Source: an uncultured Aurantimicrobium sp. (GTDB lineage Bacteria; Actinomycetota; Actinomycetes; Actinomycetales; Microbacteriaceae). From it: 34,933 bases of DNA. A program made the position numbers and the translations under genes. Every line of letters starts with the position of its first letter. The stretch's first letter is position 1. Location: positions 1 to 34,933 of the forward strand of contig CAZPVE010000001.1 in the NCBI GenBank assembly GCA_964589925.1, in the 5' to 3' direction. Shown here piece after piece: positions 25,556 to 32,781 of this stretch. The notes beneath the pieces are model-generated. The model had not been told where the DNA came from. It saw nothing but the letters and a program-made list of their open reading frames with translations, and searched no databases.

Positions 25556-27207
25556 GGCCAGCTGCAGGTATGAACTTCGGCGGACGATACGAACTCGAAT
25601 CGCGTATCGCCGTGGGTGGCATGGGCGAGGTGTGGGGCGCCGTTGACACCGTGATTGGTCGCCAGGTCGCGATCAAGATCTTGAAGGATGAGTACCTCGG
25701 TGACCCCGGCTTCCTCGAGCGCTTCCGTGCTGAGGCCCGTCACGCCGCCCTGGTTAACCACGAGGGCATCGCCAACGTTTACGACTACGGTGAGGAGAAC
25801 GGCAGCGCCTTCCTCGTCATGGAACTGGTTCCCGGTGAACCCCTTTCCTCGGTTCTTGAGCGCGAGCACACACTGTCGATTGACAAGGTTCTCGACGTCG
25901 TGGCCCAGACGGCCGCCGCACTGCAGGCCGCGCATGCCGCAGGTCTCGTGCACCGAGACATCAAGCCGGGCAACATGCTCATCACCCCTGAGGGTCGCGT
26001 CAAGATCACCGACTTCGGTATCGCCCGCATCGCAGACCAGGTTCCCCTCACGGCAACCGGCCAGGTCATGGGCACCGTGCAGTACCTGTCGCCCGAGCAG
26101 GCCAGCGGACAGCCGGCAAGCCCTTCCACCGACATCTACTCGCTCGGCATCGTTGCTTATGAATGCCTCGCAGGCAAGCGTCCGTTCAGTGGTGAGTCGC
26201 AGGTCGCCATCGCCATGGCACAGATCAACGATGTTCCTCCCGCTCTGCCCGAGACCATCGCCGAGCCCGTTCGCAATCTGGTCATGGCGTGTATCGCCAA
26301 GAAGCCCCAGGATCGCCCGACCTCGGCCGCTCACCTCGCTCGCGCCGCCCAAGCTCTTCGCCGGGGTGACCTTCAGGGTGCAGCCGCGTCAGTTCCGGCA
26401 GTCCTCGGCACCCACCCTGTGGATGACGCGACGATCGTCATGCCACGCACGGCCGCAACCGGTGCCACCACGATTCTGAGCATCCCCGGCGCCCCCGAAG
26501 AGGCGGCTGAGCCCAAGAAGCGCAGCCCCTGGACCTGGCCCCTGGTCGCCCTCATCGGCGTCCTCGTTATCGTCCTTATCGGCTCGATCATTGCTCTCCT
26601 CGCCGGTGGCGGGTCCAACCCCACGCCGTCGCCCACGGAGTCATCGCTCACGCCGACACCGACGCCCACACCGACGCCCACACCCACGTCGACCGGCGCC
26701 GCCATCAACCTTCAGGACTACAAGGGACAGCCGGCGGCTGACGTGGTTTCGTCACTCAAGGCAATGGGCTTCACCAACGTAACCTCGGTTGCCAAAGACA
26801 TGGCCCCCACGCCCGCGGATGCCGGCAACGTTTATGACATCAAGCCAAACGGCCCCACTGTCGTCAACTTTGCCACCCCCGTGGTTGTCACGTACTACGA
26901 CGGCATCCCCGTTCTTCCGGCCCCGGGTTCACCCACGGTTACGCCCAGCACCATTACGGGTTCGGGCGTTGTCACGGTCGACTGGAGCAACCAGAATTTC
27001 TCTAGCTTCTGCCCGACCAAACCCACAACAGGTTTGAGCGGCTTCACGGTGACCTACAAAAACGGCATCACCACGACCGTTGGAGCGACTGAGACAAGCG
27101 TGCCGATTTCGGTGAGCTCGGGACCGAGCTTCAACGTGTACCTGACCGTGCTCTGTGGAACACTCAAGTCACCGCAGTCGGCACCGGTCATCGTCACCGT
27201 CAACTAG
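25552..27207 (+). CDS. Hanks-type Ser/Thr protein kinase with all catalytic motifs intact (pknA position), TM segment, Thr-Pro linker, PASTA-like domain and a C-terminal beta-rich domain
   Basis: VGGMGEVW G-loop, VAIK, HRDIKPGN, DFG, SPE. TM segment WPLVALIGVLVIVLIGSIIALLAGG. ATGA overlap with pbpA; the Met at codon 7 is an alternative start. Confidence 0.9.
   Translation: MRPAAGMNFGGRYELESRIAVGGMGEVWGAVDTVIGRQVAIKILKDEYLGDPGFLERFRAEARHAALVNHEGIANVYDYGEENGSAFLVMELVPGEPLSSVLEREHTLSIDKVLDVVAQTAAALQAAHAAGLVHRDIKPGNMLITPEGRVKITDFGIARIADQVPLTATGQVMGTVQYLSPEQASGQPASPSTDIYSLGIVAYECLAGKRPFSGESQVAIAMAQINDVPPALPETIAEPVRNLVMACIAKKPQDRPTSAAHLARAAQALRRGDLQGAAASVPAVLGTHPVDDATIVMPRTAATGATTILSIPGAPEEAAEPKKRSPWTWPLVALIGVLVIVLIGSIIALLAGGGSNPTPSPTESSLTPTPTPTPTPTPTSTGAAINLQDYKGQPAADVVSSLKAMGFTNVTSVAKDMAPTPADAGNVYDIKPNGPTVVNFATPVVVTYYDGIPVLPAPGSPTVTPSTITGSGVVTVDWSNQNFSSFCPTKPTTGLSGFTVTYKNGITTTVGATETSVPISVSSGPSFNVYLTVLCGTLKSPQSAPVIVTVN
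26650..26688 (+). repeat. in-frame tandem repeat encoding (Thr-Pro)6, with the 12-nt unit ACACCGACGCCC present twice perfectly
   Basis: Read directly: acgccg acaccgacgccc acaccgacgccc acacccacg. Confidence 0.8.
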
Positions 27208-27216
27208 TTCGAGTCC

Positions 27217-28962
27217 GTGACCACGTCAGGGAGTCTCTTTGCCCAGCGCTACCGCGTTGGCTCAGAGCGCCCTGACCTGGCATTTGTCGACAGCCTGACC
27301 GCTGTTGACGAAAAGCTCAACCGTCAGGTTGTGGTGACCCGCATCAAAGAGCGGTTCGCAAGCAACCAACCGTTCGTCGACAAGTTCGTTCGACATGGGC
27401 GCAGCGGGCTTGGGGTCGTGCACCCCGCGCTGGCGCGGACCTACGACGTTGGAGTGGACGACGCCACGGGCGAGACCTACCTGGTCAGCGAACTGCCCGC
27501 GGGTGAAACCCTGCACGAGATTCTCAAGCGCGGGGCCCTGGAAAACGAGCGTGCTGCCAAAGTCCTGCGGCAGGTCGCACAAGGTCTCGCGTTCGCGGCC
27601 GAGCGCGGGCTGCACCATCTCGGACTGACCCCGAAGAACATCTGGGTCACGGCCGATGACCGCGCCCTTGTCACCGGTCTCGCAGTTGCTGCCCTCGCCG
27701 CAGAAACGGCACCAACCGCAGACTTCCTCGCGTCCGCACTTGGCACCTCGGGCTATCTGGCGCCCGAACAAATCGTGAGAGAGCCCACGACCGAAGGCAC
27801 CGACGTCTATGCCCTTGGGTTGATTCTGAGTCAGGCCCTGTGCGGCCGACCCACCTGGGACCGAAACCTCCGCGGAGTAGCCCTCACTGAGCGAGCTGCG
27901 CAACGTGCGGTTCTCCCCGGAACCGTGATTCCCACTGTGCCCGCCGACCTCGACGCACTGATCAGCGAGGCAACCGAAGTCCGTCCAGCCGATCGCACCC
28001 TGACCCTCAGCATGATCGCGGATCGACTCGAGTCCTATGTAGCCCCGACGCACGAAATTGGTGAGGTCCCTGCGGCAGTCCTCCCGCCGACCGAACCGTT
28101 TGTCGTCGTGCCACCAGCCAGTGTGGCTGCCCCCGCAGCGCCGACGGTCGCCCCGGGCATCAACCCGTCGCTCGCCAAGGTTTTTCCCGCGCGCAGCTTG
28201 AGCACTCGAGAGTTTTCCACCGCCGAATTCAACGCGGGTCGCACACCGCAAGCCTTCCGATCTCTGTTGACGATTGCCGTCGGTTCGGTTGTCGGACTCG
28301 CCGCGCTCATCCTGATCGTGGTCAGTGCAATGCCGGCCAACGTTATTCCCTCGACGAGTCGCCCGATTCCGAATGTCGTGGGCTACACCTACGACCAGGC
28401 GGCAACGGCAATCACCGACGCAGGCCTCAAACCTGTTCGTCAGGACAAGACGGATGAGACGGTTCCTGCCGGAACTGTAATTTCGGTCTCCCCTGGGGTC
28501 GGCACCAAGGTTGAGATCGGCTCGAAGGTAGGAGTTACAGTCTCACTCGGCGCCAAGACAGGCGTGATTCCTAACGTCGTAGGAACGGCACTCGCCTCGG
28601 CTCAAAAGATTTTGCAAGATGCCGGTTTCGTCGTAGGCGTCGTCACTGAGGTGCCAAACGGATCCGTCGTTAAGGGCGCGGTTGCTGCCACCGACCCCGT
28701 CGGCGGCCAGACACTTCCGGCTGGTTCAACCATTAATCTTTCGGTGGCCAACGGCAAGGTCACTATCCCGAATCTTGTCGGCAAGACCGTGACCGAGGCA
28801 ACGACAATTCTTGGGGGCCCCACGATTGGAATCACCCCGAAGCTCGCAGCCGATACCGGATGCGCCGCCAGCTCTCCGGTCGCGGTGAGCGCCCAATCTG
28901 CCGGCCCCGGCGATGTTGCGCGCGCGACGGGCATCACTCTGACCTACTGCACCGGTCGTTAG
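27217..28962 (+). CDS. PASTA-domain receptor with a degenerate kinase domain (predicted pseudokinase) in the pknB position
   Basis: Kinase-like fold with YLAPEQ retained but no G-loop. VAIK Lys is replaced by Thr, HRD by HLG, DFG by TGL. A TM segment and three PASTA repeats (PNVVGYTYDQA..., PNVVGTALASA..., PNLVGKTVTEA...) follow. GTG start. Confidence 0.85.
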   Translation: MTTSGSLFAQRYRVGSERPDLAFVDSLTAVDEKLNRQVVVTRIKERFASNQPFVDKFVRHGRSGLGVVHPALARTYDVGVDDATGETYLVSELPAGETLHEILKRGALENERAAKVLRQVAQGLAFAAERGLHHLGLTPKNIWVTADDRALVTGLAVAALAAETAPTADFLASALGTSGYLAPEQIVREPTTEGTDVYALGLILSQALCGRPTWDRNLRGVALTERAAQRAVLPGTVIPTVPADLDALISEATEVRPADRTLTLSMIADRLESYVAPTHEIGEVPAAVLPPTEPFVVVPPASVAAPAAPTVAPGINPSLAKVFPARSLSTREFSTAEFNAGRTPQAFRSLLTIAVGSVVGLAALILIVVSAMPANVIPSTSRPIPNVVGYTYDQAATAITDAGLKPVRQDKTDETVPAGTVISVSPGVGTKVEIGSKVGVTVSLGAKTGVIPNVVGTALASAQKILQDAGFVVGVVTEVPNGSVVKGAVAATDPVGGQTLPAGSTINLSVANGKVTIPNLVGKTVTEATTILGGPTIGITPKLAADTGCAASSPVAVSAQSAGPGDVARATGITLTYCTGR

Positions 28963-28992
28963 AAGACTCGACCCCGGGGCCGAACCTCACGA

Positions 28993-29634
28993 CTACGCCG
29001 TGTGCGTGATGAGCGGGCTCTTGGTCAAAGCAAGCTCTGCCGCACCCTTAACGCCAACTTCTTCAAGCCAGTTGCCGAGCATCGTGTAGCCACCCTCGGT
29101 GAGAACCGACTCCGGGTGGAACTGCACACCGAAAATGGGAGCCGTTGCGTGACGCAATCCCATGATGACGCCACCAGCCGTGCTGCTGGTGACTACCAGC
29201 TCGTCGGGAACGGTTCCGTTGACAACCGCTAGTGAGTGGTAGCGGGTGGCCGTGAACGGCTGAGGGACGTTCGTGTAGAACGAGCTGTTGTCGTGGGTGA
29301 CCTGCGACGTCTTGCCGTGCATGAGCTCTTCGGCGTTGGTGACGGTCGCTCCGAAAGCCTCACCAATGGCTTGATGTCCCAGGCACACACCCAGAAGTGG
29401 GATGTTCAACCGAGCCGCCGCCTTAACTGCGGGAATCGAGATGCCGGCATCCGCGGGCGCTCCCGGACCGGGCGAAACCAAAATGCCGTCGTACTGCTTG
29501 AGGGTCTCGTCGAGATCGGCGAGCGCAATGTCATCATTGCGAACAACAGTCGTTTGCGCCCCGAGCTCCTGAAGGTAGCCGTTGAGCGTGTAGACAAAAC
29601 TGTCGTAATTGTCGATGACGAGGATGCGCTTCAC
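28993..29634 (-). CDS. trpG: glutamine amidotransferase, anthranilate/aminodeoxychorismate synthase component II
   Basis: (V)KRILVIDNYDSFVYTL..., catalytic GVCLGHQ, FHPES. The GTG at 29634 overlaps the stop of the small upstream ORF (GTGA). Confidence 0.88.
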   Translation of the reverse strand: MKRILVIDNYDSFVYTLNGYLQELGAQTTVVRNDDIALADLDETLKQYDGILVSPGPGAPADAGISIPAVKAAARLNIPLLGVCLGHQAIGEAFGATVTNAEELMHGKTSQVTHDNSSFYTNVPQPFTATRYHSLAVVNGTVPDELVVTSSTAGGVIMGLRHATAPIFGVQFHPESVLTEGGYTMLGNWLEEVGVKGAAELALTKSPLITHTA

Positions 29635-29789
29635 TGTCCGACCGCCGGGTCCGTGCTTGAGATGATCTCGTCGACGACGGGAAAGACGAACATCATCAGG
29701 AGGGTCACAACGACAACAGCTCCTGCGACAAGCATAGTTACCCGTGCCCACGTCGGGCCCGGCAGGATTCTCCACAACGCTGCGTACAT
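29631..29789 (-). CDS. 52-aa single-TM small membrane protein
   Basis: MYAALWRILPGPTWARVTMLVAGAVVVVTLLMMFVFPVVDEIISSTDPAVGQ. Its ATG overlaps the sortase stop (TAATG) and its stop overlaps the trpG start, which argues for real translation. Confidence 0.55.
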   Translation of the reverse strand: MYAALWRILPGPTWARVTMLVAGAVVVVTLLMMFVFPVVDEIISSTDPAVGQ

Positions 29790-30535
29790 TAGCTCTTCTT
29801 CATGAGGGGGGCGAGGTCGGCGAAGGGCCCAGCCTTGAGCGGTCGCCAAGAATCGAGCACCGCATAGGTGACGATACGCTCAGCGTTGCCGTTTTGCGGG
29901 CTACAGGTCGTAATGGTGAGCAGGCTTTGCCCGGCTGGCGCTGTGGAGGTCGTCCCGGGCGCACCGATGGTGGTGCCCGGAACCGCGGCGAGAACATCCA
30001 CCGAGGTGGGCTTCACATACTCGATGTTGCGAACCGTATAGCCGTAATAGCCCGCGGGCGTAGCGAGGTAAATCCGGTCTCCGGTGCGGATGAGCTGCGC
30101 CTGCTTGAACCCGGTTCCCCAGCCCGAGCGATGCACCGCCAACGCGAAGTTGCCGGCCTCACCCGGCCATGCTGTTTGGGCGTAGTGGCCGAAGTATCCG
30201 TGGTTCAGGGAGAGCTTTGGAGTCACGCTTTCCGCAACGCGGCGCGTGGAGTCGATACCGAGCCTCGGTACATACAGATTGCCGATGATCTGTCCGGCCG
30301 AGACCTTGGGCAGCACGGGAGCCGGACCAAAGTCTTCCTGGGCGACCAGGCTCGGGTCAGGGGTAGGAACAGTCCACGACTCCGCATCGTGCTGCACCTG
30401 CGTCTGATTGGATGCTGCCGTGATGGAGTCGTTGACCCACAATTGCCAGGCCAGGAAGAGAAGCACGAGCACACCCGCGGTGATCAGTAACTCACCGATG
30501 ATGTTGATCACGGAGAGAGTTCTGCGGGCCGACAT
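29789..30535 (-). CDS. srtE: class E sortase
   Basis: N-terminal TM anchor, conserved His region (ALAVHRSGWG), catalytic TITTCSP (TLxTC-type). Confidence 0.85.
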   Translation of the reverse strand: MSARRTLSVINIIGELLITAGVLVLLFLAWQLWVNDSITAASNQTQVQHDAESWTVPTPDPSLVAQEDFGPAPVLPKVSAGQIIGNLYVPRLGIDSTRRVAESVTPKLSLNHGYFGHYAQTAWPGEAGNFALAVHRSGWGTGFKQAQLIRTGDRIYLATPAGYYGYTVRNIEYVKPTSVDVLAAVPGTTIGAPGTTSTAPAGQSLLTITTCSPQNGNAERIVTYAVLDSWRPLKAGPFADLAPLMKKS

Positions 30536-30596
30536 AGTTCTGCGAGTCTACCTTTTCGTCGGCAACCTCGACTGGGCGCGGGCTGAGCGTCCTCGC

Positions 30597-30602
30597 TATA
30601 CT
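30597..30602 (+). promoter_or_regulatory. candidate -10 (TATACT) for crgA, near-leaderless
   Basis: TANNNT lies 9 nt upstream of the ATG at 30612, with no SD. A mirror TAGACT (30550..30545) lies 9 nt upstream of the divergent sortase ATG. Confidence 0.3.
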
Positions 30603-30611
30603 TGACCCACT

Positions 30612-30848
30612 ATGGCCAAGACCAAACCCCCGCGCGTTCGCGCCACGAAGTCCGACGATTCGCAGGCTCCCAACCCCGCTTGGTTCAAGCCGGTGATGTT
30701 CGGATTCATGCTTCTCGGGCTCGCCTGGATCATCGTTTTCTACATCAGCCAGGCAACGCTGCCTGTGGCTGCCTTAGGTCAGTGGAACATCCTGGTCGGC
30801 TTCGGCATCGCCTTCATTGGCTTCCTGATGACCACAAAGTGGCGCTAA
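30612..30848 (+). CDS. crgA: cell division protein CrgA
   Basis: 78 aa. NPAWFKPVMFGFMLLGLAWIIVFY plus a second TM segment and C-terminal TTKWR, typical of CrgA. Confidence 0.9.
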   Translation: MAKTKPPRVRATKSDDSQAPNPAWFKPVMFGFMLLGLAWIIVFYISQATLPVAALGQWNILVGFGIAFIGFLMTTKWR

Positions 30849-30870
30849 CCCCCACTCACTTCATAAATTA

Positions 30871-30894
30871 CACAGGTGTAATTCTCCACCTGTG
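30871..30894. terminator. 8-bp inverted repeat CACAGGTG-N8-CACCTGTG in the convergent spacer
   Basis: Perfect arms. On the minus strand the hairpin is followed by TAATTTAT, so it could terminate the ppiA-rhomboid transcript. There is no U-tract on the plus strand. Confidence 0.35.
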
Positions 30895-30912
30895 GACAAA
30901 GCCTGTGGATAA
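30891..30912 (-). promoter_or_regulatory. two direct DnaA-box matches, TGTGGACAA and TGTGGATAA (reverse complements TTGTCCACA and TTATCCACA)
   Basis: Perfect 9/9 matches to the actinobacterial and E. coli DnaA-box consensus, 13 nt start to start. A weaker inverted box, TTCTCCACC, abuts at 30882..30890. Confidence 0.45.
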
Positions 30913-30930
30913 GTCTCTCCGTCGCGCCCG

Positions 30931-31659
30931 CTAGCCGACGATAAAGGGCGCGTGCGACAGTGCCATCGCAACCAACAGTGCGGCAAAACCCGCGGTCAAC
31001 CAGTTCTGTGTGCGTCGTGGATGCGTGCCCCAACGCAGGGTGTAGATAACCCCCACCACGGCCCCGCCGATGAGGCCTCCCACGTGGGCCTGCCAAGAAA
31101 TACCCGATCCGGGCATGAATCCAATCACCAGGTTGATGGCGATGAGCACCAACAGCTGCGAGGTGTCGGCCCCAAGCTTGCGCTGAATCACCAGGAATGC
31201 CGCCATGAGTCCAAAAATCGCTCCCGACGCGCCAATCATTGCATTGGGGATTGTGCTCGGGTTGAGAATGGCCCAAACGAACACTCCAATGGATCCGGCG
31301 AGACCGGAAAGCATGTAGAGAACGAAAAAACGCGCCCGGCCGATCATCGTTTCAAGCACTTGGCCGAACATCCAGAGCGTGAACATGTTGAAGAGCAAGT
31401 GCAAGGGAAGGCTGCCCACGAGCGAACCGCTGCCCACAGAATGAGCAAACATCGCAGTGATCATGCGCCACGGCTCGTAGGGGACACCCTGCGAGGCAAA
31501 CTCACCGAACGAGTAGAGCGGCGAATAGAGCAGGGCATCCGTTGCATTCAGCCCCGGGATGGACTGCAACACGTAGACAAAAACGCACACCCCCATGATC
31601 GACAGGGTGACCACAGGGGTGTTCGTTCCGCGAATGCGGAACGAGAAGCGCTTAGCCAA
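30931..31659 (-). CDS. rhomboid family intramembrane serine protease
   Basis: GASGAIFGL (GxSG) catalytic motif and downstream His (AHVGGLIGG); 6-7 TM segments. Confidence 0.88.
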   Translation of the reverse strand: MAKRFSFRIRGTNTPVVTLSIMGVCVFVYVLQSIPGLNATDALLYSPLYSFGEFASQGVPYEPWRMITAMFAHSVGSGSLVGSLPLHLLFNMFTLWMFGQVLETMIGRARFFVLYMLSGLAGSIGVFVWAILNPSTIPNAMIGASGAIFGLMAAFLVIQRKLGADTSQLLVLIAINLVIGFMPGSGISWQAHVGGLIGGAVVGVIYTLRWGTHPRRTQNWLTAGFAALLVAMALSHAPFIVG

Positions 31660-31661
31660 AG

Positions 31662-32201
31662 TTAGACAGCTGCGATCGCAATGGTTTCGATCACGACGGG
31701 CTCGAGCGGACGGTCGCCGGGTGCCGTGGGCACCGAGGCGATGGCGTCAACAACGGCCTTGCTCTCGTCATCTGCAACGGCACCGAAAACGGTGTGCTTG
31801 CCCCACAGGTACTGAGTGGGGGCAACGGTGATGAAGAACTGCGAACCGTTCGTTCCCTTTCCGCCGCGGATACCAGCGTTTGCCATCGCCAACACGTAAG
31901 GCTCGTTGAACGTGAGCTCCGAGTTGGGCTCGTCGTCAAAGTTGTAACCCGGGCCGCCGATGCCCTGACCGAGGGGGTCGCCACCCTGAATCATGAATCC
32001 GTCGATGACGCGGTGGAAAATGGTGCCGTCGTAGAGAGGGGCGTTGGTCTTATCGCCGGTGGCCGGGTGGGTCCACTCGATGGACCCGGTGGCCAGGCCC
32101 TCAAAGTTTGCAACGGTCTGCGGTGCGTGGTTGCCGAACAGGTTGACCTTGATGGTGCCCTTGTTCGTCTTGATGGTGGCAACAGAAGTGTGTGTAGTCA
32201 T
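31662..32201 (-). CDS. ppiA: peptidyl-prolyl cis-trans isomerase, cyclophilin type
   Basis: FHRVIDGFMIQGGDP...GTNGSQFFIT...HTVFG cyclophilin signature. Confidence 0.93.
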   Translation of the reverse strand: MTTHTSVATIKTNKGTIKVNLFGNHAPQTVANFEGLATGSIEWTHPATGDKTNAPLYDGTIFHRVIDGFMIQGGDPLGQGIGGPGYNFDDEPNSELTFNEPYVLAMANAGIRGGKGTNGSQFFITVAPTQYLWGKHTVFGAVADDESKAVVDAIASVPTAPGDRPLEPVVIETIAIAAV

Positions 32202-32281
32202 GCCTCAATCTTTTCACAGTCGATACTCATCCCGTACCGTGCGAGGATGGAGACGAAGACTTACCAACAGGGAGGGCCGAC

Positions 32282-32743
32282 ATGGGCAAGAAAAAGGTCA
32301 GCGAAGCCGAGCGACTGCGTATTGAAGGCGAGCGCCTTCTGCACGAGCAGCGCGAGGTCTTGGCGCACGCCGGCTCAGTTGTCCGCGATGCGAGCCGCGA
32401 GCTTGGTCGTTACGCTCACGACGAGGCCTACCCCCGCGTAGCCGCTGGCACCCGCCAGGCCGCAGCGGCGACGCGTCACAAGATTGTCGATGAGGTGTTG
32501 CCGAGTGTGGCCAGCGTCATCGGATCAACTCTCGCTGCCGTTGAGTCGGCTCGCTCCAAGGGCGCCGGCAAGGGCTCCAAGGTTGCCTCGGCTGCAGTAG
32601 CTGCCGCACTCAGCAAGGCACCGAAAAAGAATGGTGCGGGCAAGGCCATCGGCTTCGGTCTGGTGTTCGCGGTTGCCGTCGGTGTTGGGTATGTGCTGTG
32701 GCAGACCTTCCGTGCCGACGATGAGCTCTGGATCGACGAATAA
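32282..32743 (+). CDS. hypothetical tail-anchored membrane protein (same position and architecture as CwsA/Rv0008c)
   Basis: 153 aa: helical charged N-terminal part, Lys/Ala/Gly-rich linker, single C-terminal TM segment (AIGFGLVFAVAVGVGYVLW). GGGAGGG SD 5 nt before the ATG. Divergent from ppiA. Confidence 0.6.
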   Translation: MGKKKVSEAERLRIEGERLLHEQREVLAHAGSVVRDASRELGRYAHDEAYPRVAAGTRQAAAATRHKIVDEVLPSVASVIGSTLAAVESARSKGAGKGSKVASAAVAAALSKAPKKNGAGKAIGFGLVFAVAVGVGYVLWQTFRADDELWIDE

Positions 32744-32768
32744 ACCGAGTTCCGGGCGCCTTCGCCCA

Positions 32769-32774
32769 TAGGGT
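32769..32774 (+). promoter_or_regulatory. candidate -10 (TAGGGT) for the acyltransferase gene, leaderless geometry
   Basis: TANNNT, 7 nt, ATG at 32782, no SD. Preceded by a small GGGCG-CCTT-CGCCC hairpin (32754..32767). Confidence 0.3.
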
Positions 32775-32781
32775 TTAACTC

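Noticed and set aside
28968-28983. Palindrome TCGACCCCGGGGCCGA between the convergent pseudokinase and trpG genes as a bidirectional terminator.
   Set aside because: The palindrome has no loop, leaving a stem of only 2-3 usable bp once a loop is allowed, and no U-tract on either strand.
30602-30934. 110-aa ORF overlapping crgA in another frame and spanning the DnaA-box spacer.
   Set aside because: It is out of frame with a clearly recognisable CrgA, its composition is Arg/His-rich, and it has no start context.
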